Below, one piece after another: positions 31,147 to 40,822 of a stretch of 64,000 nt of DNA. The notes beneath the pieces were generated by a model. It did no database searches, was not told where the DNA came from, and saw only the letters and a list, made by a program, of their open reading frames with translations. Position numbers and translations under genes: made by a program. Within the stretch, counting starts at the first letter, position 1. The number at the start of each line of letters is the position of its first letter. The stretch comes from Patescibacteria group bacterium (GTDB taxonomy: Bacteria; Patescibacteriota; Patescibacteriia; UBA9570; JAHJKD01). Where the stretch lies: the NCBI GenBank assembly GCA_043798935.1, contig JAZDOC010000002.1:20874-84873 (forward strand). The letters are read 5' to 3'.

Positions 31147-32388
31147 TTAAAACCCTCTAAGTTTCATGGCATCTGCGATTCTGCCAGTTGCTAAAATGTA
31201 AGCGGCCGTTCTTAAATCACAGTTATATTTTTCATGAAGCTTCCAGATAGCATTAAAATTATTAACCATAATAGGTTCTAATTTAGCTAACACTTCGGCT
31301 TCGGACCAATAATAATTGTAAGTATTTTGCACACCTTCAAAATAAGAAACTGTTACACCACCAGCATTAGCTAAAATATCCGGTGCTAATAAAATTTTCT
31401 TTTTAGCAAAAATTTCATCAGCTTCTGGTGTTGTAGGTCCATTTGCTAATTCTACTACAGCCCTGGCTTTTACTTTACCAGCGTTCTCTTTGGTAATTAC
31501 ATTTTCTAATGCGGCCGGAATTAAAATATCGCATTTAACTTCTAGGATCTGTTTATTGGTAATGTTTTTTGATCCTGCATAGTCTTGCACTGAACCATTT
31601 TTCTTTTTGTGTTCTTCAACTTTTACTGGATCTAAGCCTTTAGGATCTAAAATACCACCTTTGGAATCGGAAACAGCGATAATTTTATAACCTTTTTTAT
31701 GTAAAATTTTCGCCATATAAGAACCGGCATTACCGAAGCCCTGAATTACTACAGACGAGCCTTTTTTAAGTTTCATCTTTTTGGCTAATTCTAAAGTTAC
31801 ATAAACCCCGCCTTGAGCAGTTGAATATCCACGACCTTCACTGCCACCGACAGCTAAAGGTTTTCCAGTAATAATGGCCGGCGCATACTCACCATTATTT
31901 AACATAAAATATTCGTCCATCATCCAAGTCATAATCTGCGGTGTTGTATAAACATCCGGAGCCGGAACGTCTATCGCAGGTCCTAAATCTCGACTTAAAG
32001 CTCTAATAAAACCCCGAGATAATCTTTCTAATTCTGTCTGGCTAAGCTCTTTAGGGTTAACGGTTACACCGCCTTTGCCGCCGCCCATGGGAATGCCAAC
32101 GGTTGCACATTTAAAAGTCATCCAAAAAGACAAAGCTTTTACTTCATTGATATCGGTGTCAGGATGAAAACGAATACCGCCCTTATTAGGACCGCGAGTG
32201 TTATCATATTGAACACGATAACCCTCGTAAACTTTTAAGCTACCGTCATCCATTCGCACTGGAATGGAAACATGAATTTCTTTCTTGGGTTTTTGCAATC
32301 TGGCATAAACTTCTGGATCTAAATCCATAAGATCAGCTGCTTTTTTAAGCTGAGCCAAAGCATTTTTGAACGGATTGATTTTCGCCAT
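31147..32388 (-). CDS. gdhA: Glu/Leu/Phe/Val dehydrogenase (glutamate dehydrogenase)
   Basis: GPNKGGIRFHP, GGGKGG, DVPAPD, QGFGNAG, ELANGP and NAGGVTVSYFE. Confidence 0.93.
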   Translation of the reverse strand: MAKINPFKNALAQLKKAADLMDLDPEVYARLQKPKKEIHVSIPVRMDDGSLKVYEGYRVQYDNTRGPNKGGIRFHPDTDINEVKALSFWMTFKCATVGIPMGGGKGGVTVNPKELSQTELERLSRGFIRALSRDLGPAIDVPAPDVYTTPQIMTWMMDEYFMLNNGEYAPAIITGKPLAVGGSEGRGYSTAQGGVYVTLELAKKMKLKKGSSVVIQGFGNAGSYMAKILHKKGYKIIAVSDSKGGILDPKGLDPVKVEEHKKKNGSVQDYAGSKNITNKQILEVKCDILIPAALENVITKENAGKVKARAVVELANGPTTPEADEIFAKKKILLAPDILANAGGVTVSYFEGVQNTYNYYWSEAEVLAKLEPIMVNNFNAIWKLHEKYNCDLRTAAYILATGRIADAMKLRGF

Positions 32389-32415
32389 AATTCTTTTATT
32401 GATTAAATTAATTGT

Positions 32416-33603
32416 TTAATAATAAGATTCTAACGCTTTTTGCAAAATAAATAAAGCCCTCTTTAGTGCACTGGTTTTCAACACATAAGCTAAGCGCACT
32501 TGATTGACCCCTAAATCTTTAGTTGCGTAAAAACCCGGTGCCGGTGCCAACAAAACTGTTTCACCCTGATAATCGAATTTTTCTATCAACCATTTAGCAA
32601 AATTTTCACTGGATTTCACGGGTAAACCACAAACAATATAAAACGCGCCTTCGGGTTTGGAAAAGGTAAGACAGGGTATTTTTTTTAAAGCTTCATAAAC
32701 AACGTCGCGTCTTTTTTTATATTCGCTTATGACCGGGGTAATATATTTCTGAGAATTTTCGAGAATGGGAACCACGGCTAATTGTTCTATGGTTGAAACC
32801 GATAAACGTGCCATGCAAAATTTTAATACAGCTTGCATCACTTCTGTATTATGGCTAGCTATGGCGCCAATGCGTGCCCCGCAAACATTAAATCTTTTTG
32901 ATGCACTATCCACTAAAATTACTCTGTCTTGGGCTGTTTTAAAATTCATGAGTGAAAAACATTTTTCACCCGTAAAAGAAAATTCCCGATATGTCTCATC
33001 GGTAATAATAAATAAATTATGTTTAATAGCCAATTTCACTAATCTAGCAAGTTCAGCTTTTTTAAACACCGTGCCTGTAGGATTAGATGGGTTGGTAAAA
33101 ATAAAAGCTTTGGTTTTAGGGGTAATGGATTTTTCAATTTCTTTATTAGATGGTAAATGGAAACCATTTTTAATACTTAGTGTGACGGCTTTAATATTTA
33201 TTCCGCCGATAGAACCAAAGCCATTGTAATTTGTATAAAATGGTTCAAAGGCCAGGATCTCTTCGCCCGGATCGGCCACGGCACACATGGCAAAGATGAG
33301 CGCCTCAGACCCACCTTGCGTAATAATAATTTCTTCAGGCTTTAAATTGATTCGGACTGTTTTAAAATATTTTTGCCATGCCAATCGAGTTATCTCTAAA
33401 CCCTGCGACTGTGCATAAGCTGTGGGATTCTGTTTAAACTTCTTTAATTCCCGGTAGTAAGGGGCTGGGGTTTTAATGTCGGGTTGGCCAATGTTTAAAT
33501 GGTAAACTTTAATGCCCTGCTTTTTCCGTTGTTCAGCCAAACCAACCAGTTTACGAAGAGGCGACGCTGGCATATTAGTAGCACGCTTAGATATTTTTGG
33601 CAT
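32416..33603 (-). CDS. PLP-dependent class I/II (aspartate) aminotransferase
   Basis: LNIGQPD, NPSNPTG, DETY and SASKRFNVCGARIG. Start set at MPKISKR. Confidence 0.92.
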   Translation of the reverse strand: MPKISKRATNMPASPLRKLVGLAEQRKKQGIKVYHLNIGQPDIKTPAPYYRELKKFKQNPTAYAQSQGLEITRLAWQKYFKTVRINLKPEEIIITQGGSEALIFAMCAVADPGEEILAFEPFYTNYNGFGSIGGINIKAVTLSIKNGFHLPSNKEIEKSITPKTKAFIFTNPSNPTGTVFKKAELARLVKLAIKHNLFIITDETYREFSFTGEKCFSLMNFKTAQDRVILVDSASKRFNVCGARIGAIASHNTEVMQAVLKFCMARLSVSTIEQLAVVPILENSQKYITPVISEYKKRRDVVYEALKKIPCLTFSKPEGAFYIVCGLPVKSSENFAKWLIEKFDYQGETVLLAPAPGFYATKDLGVNQVRLAYVLKTSALKRALFILQKALESYY

Positions 33604-33637
33604 GATTAATAATATTAAAGATAAAAAAACAAAACGA

Positions 33638-34585
33638 TTATTTTTTACCCCAATCAACTCCGGCTTGCGCCTGACCGCGCTTTTTTAATAAATATGTATA
33701 AGCCGCTAACGCCGCTTTTACACCTTCACCGGTAGCAATAGCAATTTGTTTTTGATTAACATTAGTAAGATCGCCGGCCGCAAAAATACCTTCTGTATTG
33801 GTACAGCCTTTATGATTAACCACTACTTCTTTTCGATCATTTAATTCCACTAAACCTTCTAAGAAACCAGTGGCCGCCATACGTCCCACTTCAATAAATA
33901 CTCCATCCACCTGTACGTCTTCATTTGCTTCAGTTTTTAAATTTTTAATATTGATAGATTTTACAAATTGTTCGCCTTTGATTTCAGTAATGGCGCTGTC
34001 GTAATAAATAGTAATATTTTTATTGTTCACAATTTCTTTTACCATCACTTCCTCAGCCCTAAACGCATCGCGCCGATGAATAAGGTAAACATGAGTCGCA
34101 ATTTTAGATAAATAATCTGCCGCGTCGAGTGCGCTGTTTCCGCCACCAACCACGGCTACTTTTTTATTACGGTAAAGTGGTGCGTCACAATTAGCACAAT
34201 AAGTAACACCTTTATTCTTATACGTCTGTTCACCCGAAACATCGAGGTTTCGAGGAGTTAAGCCAAAAGCTAAAATTACGCTGTCTGTTTCAACAGTTTC
34301 GTTGTTATAATAAATAATAAATTTATTATCTTTCTTTTCAATTTTACTAACATCACCAAATTTAAATTCTGCACCAAATTTTTCTGCTTGGGTTTTCATT
34401 CGGTTGGCTAATTCAAAACCGTTTATTGGTTCGTTGAAACCAGGATAATTTTCAATATCAGTAGTGGTCGCCATCTGGCCACCAAGATCTTTGGATAAAA
34501 TTAAAGTTTTTAAAGTTCGGCGCGAGGCATAAAGAGCAGCCGTAAGGCCGGCCGGTCCGCCACCAATAATAATTACATCATACAT
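33638..34585 (-). CDS. trxB: Thioredoxin reductase
   Basis: GGGPAG, CANCD, GGGNSA, HRRD and FAAGD. Confidence 0.95.
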   Translation of the reverse strand: MYDVIIIGGGPAGLTAALYASRRTLKTLILSKDLGGQMATTTDIENYPGFNEPINGFELANRMKTQAEKFGAEFKFGDVSKIEKKDNKFIIYYNNETVETDSVILAFGLTPRNLDVSGEQTYKNKGVTYCANCDAPLYRNKKVAVVGGGNSALDAADYLSKIATHVYLIHRRDAFRAEEVMVKEIVNNKNITIYYDSAITEIKGEQFVKSINIKNLKTEANEDVQVDGVFIEVGRMAATGFLEGLVELNDRKEVVVNHKGCTNTEGIFAAGDLTNVNQKQIAIATGEGVKAALAAYTYLLKKRGQAQAGVDWGKK

Positions 34586-34667
34586 ATGGTTTATAAAAAC
34601 TCGTAAAAATCTCGAATCTTAGATATATTATCCAAAAACAGCGAGTCTCCTGACGAGCTATGTTAAT

Positions 34668-34988
34668 TTATATAAGATTATCAATTTCTTTTTGTAAACT
34701 ATCTTTAGATTGAACGCCCATTAATTGATTAACAGGTTTTCCGTCTTTAAAAAAGATTATAGTTGGGATACTCATGACCTGATACTTTTGCGCCATTTCC
34801 GAATTAGCATCGACATCCAGCTTGCCAATCTTAATTGCTTTTGCTTTGTTGTCTTTGGCTAATTCATCGATAATAGGTTTCAACATTTGGCATGGCCCAC
34901 ACCAGGCAGCCCAAAAATCAACTAGCACTGGTTCTTTTGCATTAATTACTTCTTGTTCGAAGTTTTGATCTGTAAATTCTAACGACAT
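34668..34988 (-). CDS. trxA: Thioredoxin
   Basis: WCGPC active site. Confidence 0.97.
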   Translation of the reverse strand: MSLEFTDQNFEQEVINAKEPVLVDFWAAWCGPCQMLKPIIDELAKDNKAKAIKIGKLDVDANSEMAQKYQVMSIPTIIFFKDGKPVNQLMGVQSKDSLQKEIDNLI

Positions 34989-35065
34989 TTATTATGAAAA
35001 TTAATTATTAGAAACCTTTCGATACGTTTTTGTCGAAGAGTTTTTAGCCCAAACATTTTAACATT

Positions 35066-36304
35066 TTAGATTAGTTTTATCAACTTAACTCTTTTGATTC
35101 TTCTGTCCTCGGCTTCTTCAATAATAATTCTAACTTTATTTATTGTTAGTTCGTCATTTTTTTGTGGAAACCGACCGGTTTGTTCTAATATTATATGAGC
35201 AATACTCTCATACTCATCATCAGATAAATGGACATTAAAAAAACGGTTTATATGCCCTACAGCTGTACTGGCGTCAGCAATAATGGTTTTTTTATCAAGA
35301 CGCTGGATTGTGTTTTCATCAACATCAGTTTCATCACTTATTTCGCCAACAATTTCTTCCAATAAATCTTCCAGTGTAACAATACCGGTAACATCCCCAT
35401 GTTCATCAACCACCGCCGCAATATGAATGTGTTTTTTTTGAAACTCTCTTAACAAAGAATCCAAAGGTTTTTGTTCAGGTATATATAAAGCCGGCTTCAT
35501 TAACTCTTTAATTTTAATATCGCGCCGTTCACACGAAAAAGAAAGATATTCCAAAACATCTTTGGCAAATAGAATTCCTTTAACATTGTCTTCACTGCCA
35601 AAATATACTGGGAAGCGCGAATGACCGGTTTGATTAATAACATTTAACACATCGCCTAAGATTTGGTTGGATTCAAAACTGATCATTTCGCTCCGAACTG
35701 TCATGATATCTTCGGCTTTAATATCGTTTAATAAAAAAATATTTTTAATCATCTCTTTTTCATCTCTTTCTACAGTGCCCTGTTCTTCACCCAGCTCTAC
35801 CAAGGCTTTAACTTCCTCTTCATGAGCCGGTTTGTCTTCCTGCCCGCCAGCCAGTTCGTAAATAGCCCGGGAAAGTTTTGACAAAAAATAAGAAGCTGGA
35901 TATAGCAGATAAAATAATATTAATAATACTGGCGTCATAAATAATGACAATTGAGCCGGATTTTTTTGCGCTAAAGATTTGGGTAAAATTTCACCAAATA
36001 TTAATATGAGCAATGTCATAATACCAGTAGCCACGCCGGCGCCCACAGAACCAAGCGCGTTTATCGCCACTACAGTTGCCAGAGAGGCGGCACCAATATT
36101 AACTAGATTATTTCCGATTAATATTGTAATTAATACTTTGCCAGCATTATTTTTCAGGTACTCTAATTTTTTAGCATTTTTCTTTTTCTTATCAACTAAA
36201 TTTCTAACTTTTGCCACATTCAAAGAAAATAGTGCAATTTCAGCACTAGAAAAAAATCCTGATAAAAAGATTAATAATATTAAAAAAAGTATATTGGCTA
36301 GCAT
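35066..36304 (-). CDS. CNNM/CorC (HlyC) family transporter with CBS domains
   Basis: SGFFSSAEIA, ILIGNNLVN, GEILPK, HSRFPVY and VDEHG...EDLLEEIVGEI. Confidence 0.93.
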   Translation of the reverse strand: MLANILFLILLIFLSGFFSSAEIALFSLNVAKVRNLVDKKKKNAKKLEYLKNNAGKVLITILIGNNLVNIGAASLATVVAINALGSVGAGVATGIMTLLILIFGEILPKSLAQKNPAQLSLFMTPVLLILFYLLYPASYFLSKLSRAIYELAGGQEDKPAHEEEVKALVELGEEQGTVERDEKEMIKNIFLLNDIKAEDIMTVRSEMISFESNQILGDVLNVINQTGHSRFPVYFGSEDNVKGILFAKDVLEYLSFSCERRDIKIKELMKPALYIPEQKPLDSLLREFQKKHIHIAAVVDEHGDVTGIVTLEDLLEEIVGEISDETDVDENTIQRLDKKTIIADASTAVGHINRFFNVHLSDDEYESIAHIILEQTGRFPQKNDELTINKVRIIIEEAEDRRIKRVKLIKLI

Positions 36305-36367
36305 TTGTGCTTATTATACATTAACAAAAAAACTCCGGCAACTAACGGACCTAGGCTTTATTGTATT

Positions 36368-37777
36368 TTATCGAGCTATGATCTCATCATAAAGATCCTG
36401 CCACGGTTTAGCCTGTGCTTCTATGTGCCACTTTGTTTTTTCATATATTTTATGATCAAATTCGTCAAGTGCATGTGCGACTTTGTAACGTAATTCAGCG
36501 TCTCTTTTTATTGAGCTTATTCTATAGCGAAGATTTCTTAGGATTTTATCCATATCATCACGACTTCTACCAAAACGACTTTTGGCTATTCGTGCCATTT
36601 TATCAATTTGTTCTATAGAACAATTGCCAGCTACATTTCTGACATTTTCGCTAGTAAAAAAGGATATTATTTCAGAATTTATACTCTTGGTTAATTCATC
36701 TTGTTTTCTTTGTAACAAATTTTCAACCCAGCTTTCGCTCTCATCTGGAATGCTTCTAGTGTAAATAGTATCTAATCTTTGTAATACTCTTTCTAAAACA
36801 GGTTGTTCTAAAACCAACGCGGCTTCCTCAACAAAATGTCCAACTATAAAGGAAATCTCATGATCTAAAAGATATTCCTGAGCAACTATTAATTCAATTA
36901 AAGTTAAAAATTTTTCCAAAGTTTTTGGAGTGGTAAGATTTTCACATAAATCATTTGCGACAAATCTTATTAAGTCTTCTTTAGATAACCCAGACTCTCC
37001 TGTGCAACTATCTATCGCAGTCAAAGCTTTTTCCGGACTGATATCTAATTCAGTGATTATGTTTGCTGTTGCTGTTTTTTCATCTGGGGTAAGCTCTCGA
37101 CTTCCTGGCTTTGATTGCAATTCTTTTCGTTCTTTTTCTTGTTCTGCATCTAATATTTCTAAAATTTCTCTTGGATGTAATCTTTGCAACTGTCTTAATT
37201 CGACTGTTTCATCTCCGCCTCCATATTCTGCTACTCCCAACCTAACAATAGTAGCCGTTCCTGGGTATCCTTCTTCGTATTGTAATAAAGTTACTTTTTG
37301 TCCGGGTCGTAATCGAGAATCTTCCCATCCTATATACATCCGGCTATTCGATGGTGCTGCGCCCTTATCTGGACCGACATAGGTCGCCTCGCTAGAATAA
37401 CCACCATGACTCAGACGTTGCACCTGTAAATTATCTGGATCCACCGGCTGCCTTAGCCCTCTTTCTTTTTGAATAATAGCCCCTCTTTTCCTGGGCGGTA
37501 TTATTGAATTTTTTGACCCTATTACAACTAAGTCTCCATGTTTTATAGCTGGTGTTATCAATTTTTTTGGATTTTTATGATCATATTTAGGAGGTATTTC
37601 CGGACCCAGATAACGTGCATATCTCATTATTATAAAATCTTCATCAGAGGGATCTCTTTGTTCAATTTCTTTTTCTGAAAAAGATAAAAAACTTCCCAAA
37701 GGCTCCACTTCTCTCTGTTCAATTTTTTCTTCTGGTTGAACGGCTGGAGACGGCCATCTTGGTTCAGCTGGATTCAT
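36368..37777 (-). CDS. Hypothetical (orphan-like) protein, 469 aa
   Basis: Long open frame; Pro/Glu-rich N-terminus and helical C-terminal half; no recognised family. Confidence 0.75.
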   Translation of the reverse strand: MNPAEPRWPSPAVQPEEKIEQREVEPLGSFLSFSEKEIEQRDPSDEDFIIMRYARYLGPEIPPKYDHKNPKKLITPAIKHGDLVVIGSKNSIIPPRKRGAIIQKERGLRQPVDPDNLQVQRLSHGGYSSEATYVGPDKGAAPSNSRMYIGWEDSRLRPGQKVTLLQYEEGYPGTATIVRLGVAEYGGGDETVELRQLQRLHPREILEILDAEQEKERKELQSKPGSRELTPDEKTATANIITELDISPEKALTAIDSCTGESGLSKEDLIRFVANDLCENLTTPKTLEKFLTLIELIVAQEYLLDHEISFIVGHFVEEAALVLEQPVLERVLQRLDTIYTRSIPDESESWVENLLQRKQDELTKSINSEIISFFTSENVRNVAGNCSIEQIDKMARIAKSRFGRSRDDMDKILRNLRYRISSIKRDAELRYKVAHALDEFDHKIYEKTKWHIEAQAKPWQDLYDEIIAR

Positions 37778-37917
37778 AATTTTATATTTATAAATTAATT
37801 ATATCAAAATTTTAGCTTAAAATCAAGGCAAAAATAATCTCATACTTATAGCCACGAATCTTTTCATAGTCATAAGTATGTGCTGCAACCCATGTCCTCA
37901 TGAATTGCAGCTCCCCC

Positions 37918-38208
37918 CTATCCCACTAGAGCTCGAGCAATCACAGCGACCTTTCCTTTCAGGAAAGGGGGTCGCCATGTTCTCAGGAAAACAACATCTG
38001 GAGGTTTCTCCATTAAGACATGGAAGTTTCTCTCATCTTGGCCGTTGACGACCTCGACAAAAGCCGCTCCTCTATCCCAGAGGAGCAGTAACCACAGCCA
38101 TGTCCAGAAACTGGGATCATAAAAAGTGAATATCTCTCTGGCCTTTATTTCGGAGAGATCCAGAAATCTGATCCTTCTTTCTTCATAAAAGTCAATTTCA
38201 TACTGCAT
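37918..38208 (-). CDS. Hypothetical protein in a GC-richer segment
   Basis: GGGGA SD-like motif before MQYEIDF. Composition differs from the flanks. Confidence 0.5.
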   Translation of the reverse strand: MQYEIDFYEERRIRFLDLSEIKAREIFTFYDPSFWTWLWLLLLWDRGAAFVEVVNGQDERNFHVLMEKPPDVVFLRTWRPPFLKGKVAVIARALVG

Positions 38209-38258
38209 TTTATTCCCCGTTGTTTCATGCAGCCCCACTTTACGCCCCTGGAAATGGC

Positions 38259-38275
38259 TGTCAACAGATATGACA
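38259..38275. promoter_or_regulatory. TGTCA-N7-TGACA palindromic box
   Basis: TGTCA-ACAGATA-TGACA upstream of the 37918-38208 gene. Confidence 0.6.
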
Positions 38276-38333
38276 GAATTAGCATTTTTTAAAATATATT
38301 TGGCTGAAATTAGCTAAATTTATAAATAAATGT

Positions 38334-38350
38334 TGTTATAATAATTGACA
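38334..38350. promoter_or_regulatory. TGT(T)A-N7-TGACA box overlapping the -35 of TrmB-like gene 1
   Basis: TGTTA-TAATAAT-TGACA (one mismatch). Confidence 0.55.
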
Positions 38351-38400
38351 AAATACACCAATTTGCTAAGTTGTACACATAATATAATAACTAAAAAATT

Positions 38401-38438
38401 CCCCCTCTCCGGAAGCGGAGAGGGGGCCGGGGGTGAGG
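38401..38438 (+). repeat. CCCCTCTCC palindromic element, copy 2
   Basis: CCCCCTCTCCGGAAGCGGAGAGGGGGCCGGGGGTGAGG directly before ATG 38443. Confidence 0.75.
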
Positions 38439-38442
38439 TATT

Positions 38443-39204
38443 ATGGATCTAGCCAAAGACTTAACAAGATTGGGCTTATCAGACAGCGAAGCAAAAGTGT
38501 ATTTGTCTTGTCTTCAGCTAGGCAGGGAAACAGTTTTGAATATCGCTAAACACGCTGATCTTAAGAGACCAAGCGTTTATTTGCTTTTAGAAAATTTAGA
38601 GAAACGAGGGTTAGTTACAAAAACCAAAAAAGCTCATAAAACTTTTTTTAAAGCTGAGGAGCCGGGGCGTTTACTTTCTGGTTTAAAAATGCAAGAAGAA
38701 GTAGTTAATTCTATCCTGCCCTCTTTAGAAGCTATTTATAACATTGATCCTAAAAAACCAAATATTAAAATCGCTGAAGGAAATCAAAGCGTGGCTAATG
38801 TCTATAACGGCATTTTTAATTTCATAGCTAACCATCCTAAAGAAGAATTATTAATTTTCGGTGCGCTAAAAGAAGCTAGTAAATATTTTCAAGATGAAGT
38901 ACAAGATTATTTTATGAAAGTAATGGCTAAATCAAAAAATAGAATTAGAGAAGTAGGAAACAATGACCCTGAAACCAGAAGATATTTCCGCCAAGCCCAC
39001 CGCATTAACCCTAATCATGAAATCAGATTAATTAGATCTGACGGAAGTTTTCAATGTGATAATATGATTTTTGGAAACACAGTAGTCATATTTTCTGTAG
39101 ACGAACAAATCTTCTCCACTATTATAGAATCAGCTGCTATTGCCCAAACTTATCGCACCATGTTTAATATGGCCTGGAAAGCCGGAAAGAAATATATTAT
39201 TTAA
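38443..39204 (+). CDS. TrmB-family wHTH transcriptional regulator (CPR type), paralogue 1
   Basis: LGLSDSEAKVYL..L.LG...IAK...KRPSVY..LE.L...GLV; C-terminal IF.N.V.IFS...IES..IA...R.MF...W. Confidence 0.9.
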   Translation: MDLAKDLTRLGLSDSEAKVYLSCLQLGRETVLNIAKHADLKRPSVYLLLENLEKRGLVTKTKKAHKTFFKAEEPGRLLSGLKMQEEVVNSILPSLEAIYNIDPKKPNIKIAEGNQSVANVYNGIFNFIANHPKEELLIFGALKEASKYFQDEVQDYFMKVMAKSKNRIREVGNNDPETRRYFRQAHRINPNHEIRLIRSDGSFQCDNMIFGNTVVIFSVDEQIFSTIIESAAIAQTYRTMFNMAWKAGKKYII

Positions 39205-39212
39205 TTTTTTAT

Positions 39213-39244
39213 ACCCCCAATAAATTGAGGGCCTAAAAAAATAA
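39213..39244. repeat. Repeat family F (ACCC..AATAAATT.AG.GCCTAAAAAAATAA), copy 1
   Basis: Matches 46147-46178; both lie just after a plus-strand stop codon. Confidence 0.6.
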
Positions 39245-39272
39245 ATAGGCCCTGACTTTAATTAGGGTTTAT

Positions 39273-39932
39273 TTAAGAAAATATCTTTGTCCCAACTCTC
39301 ACCAGAGTTGCACCACATTCCAAAGCAATTTCATAATCCTGACTCATACCCATGGATAGCTCGGTTAATCCATATTCGTCTTTATACATATCAAACATTT
39401 GTTTCATTTTTCTAAAATCCTCTCTAGTGGTTTTCTTATCCTGCAGAGCAGTAATAGTCATGAAACCGATTAAATTTATATTTTTAAATTCAGCTAATTT
39501 AGGAAGCAATACTTTTAAATTCTGTTTTACGATTCCGTGTTTATTTTCATCAACACTTACATTTACTTCTACCATGATATCAATGATCTTGTTAATTTTA
39601 GCGCATTCATTATTAATAACCTGGGCTATGGCGAAACTATCTACGCTCTGAATACAATTGAAATATTTAACAACATGCTTCACTTTGTTGGTTTGTAAAT
39701 GTCCGATGAAATGAAATTTAACTCGTTCTTGTAAAGACGCGATTAATCGAGTTTTTACAAATTTACTTTCAAATTCTTGCCATTTGTTTTCACCGATATA
39801 TTGAACACCGGCAGCAATAGCTGTATTAATATGTTCAGCCGAGTGTTTTTTTGTGACCGCTACTAATTTAGCATTGGGGTTAATGCTATAAATTTTATTA
39901 TTAATAATTTTTATATTTTGTTGAATATTCAT
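39273..39932 (-). CDS. yggS: PLP homeostasis protein YggS
   Basis: LVAVTK, GENKWQE, HFIGHLQTNK, LSMGMSQDY and VRVGTKIF. Confidence 0.95.
   Translation of the reverse strand: MNIQQNIKIINNKIYSINPNAKLVAVTKKHSAEHINTAIAAGVQYIGENKWQEFESKFVKTRLIASLQERVKFHFIGHLQTNKVKHVVKYFNCIQSVDSFAIAQVINNECAKINKIIDIMVEVNVSVDENKHGIVKQNLKVLLPKLAEFKNINLIGFMTITALQDKKTTREDFRKMKQMFDMYKDEYGLTELSMGMSQDYEIALECGATLVRVGTKIFS
39730..39759. repeat. REP-like family A copy inside the yggS coding sequence
   Basis: TGTAAAGACGCGATTAATCGAGTTTTTACA, translated as VKTRLIASLQ. Confidence 0.8.
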
Positions 39933-39968
39933 ACCTTAATGATATCCCCAATTAGCCAACAGGTAAAG

Positions 39969-39985
39969 TGTCAGAAATCTTGACA
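39969..39985. promoter_or_regulatory. TGTCA-N7-TGACA box overlapping the -35 of TrmB-like gene 2
   Basis: TGTCA-GAAATCT-TGACA. Confidence 0.65.
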
Positions 39986-40036
39986 ATTACTATAAAATGA
40001 GATTAAATAATAATAAGAGATTCATAGCGATTCAAT

Positions 40037-40822
40037 ATGAATGACAAAATAAAAAAGGCGTTGCAAGAAATCGGCTTAAGTGCAAACGAAGCCAAGCTTT
40101 TTTTGGCGACCTTACAACTTGGAGCTTCAAATATTTCCCAACTCGCTAAAGCTGCGAAAATCAAAAGACCCACGGCTTATTTAGCGTGCGAATCATTGCT
40201 CACAAAAAAGATGTTGCTCGTGGATAAAAAAAATCCTAGCCGTCCTGTATATAAAGCTAGTGATCCACAAAATATTTTAAATGATATTCGAAAAAAAGAA
40301 GAAATTTTTACCAGCATTTTTCCGGAATTACGACGCGTTAGTAAACAAGAATTATTACCTCATGTTCAAATTGCCGTAGACTACGAAGATATAATAAATT
40401 TGTATCGCGAACTCCTAGACCATTCTGCAAAAAAAGAAGTGATGATCTATGGCACTATTAGCCCTGAAGGTAATGAAGAAATTCATAGTAAGCTTTTAAA
40501 ATATTGGATGCGAATGCTAAAGGTAAAACCGGTTAAAATTAGAGAGATTCTAACTTATACGGATCAAAATTTAAACTACGTTCGGCAAGTAGAAAAAAAC
40601 GGCAATAAAAACCACCGAATAAAAGTCATCCCGGAAACTTTTCAGTATTTACCATATCGCATGAAAATCTTAGACGGCGATAATTTTATTTACGATAATA
40701 AAGTAGTTTCTTTTTCATCCTACAAAGAAAGTTTTTATGCGCTAGTTATTCACCATGCTCATATTTATAATATTTACAGAGATTTATTTGAAATGGCTTG
40801 GGAAATGGCTGAAGAAGGCTAA
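40037..40822 (+). CDS. TrmB-family regulator (CPR type), paralogue 2
   Basis: IGLSANEAKLFL..LQLG...LAK...KRPTAY; IYDNKV...YRDLFEMAW. Confidence 0.88.
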   Translation: MNDKIKKALQEIGLSANEAKLFLATLQLGASNISQLAKAAKIKRPTAYLACESLLTKKMLLVDKKNPSRPVYKASDPQNILNDIRKKEEIFTSIFPELRRVSKQELLPHVQIAVDYEDIINLYRELLDHSAKKEVMIYGTISPEGNEEIHSKLLKYWMRMLKVKPVKIREILTYTDQNLNYVRQVEKNGNKNHRIKVIPETFQYLPYRMKILDGDNFIYDNKVVSFSSYKESFYALVIHHAHIYNIYRDLFEMAWEMAEEG

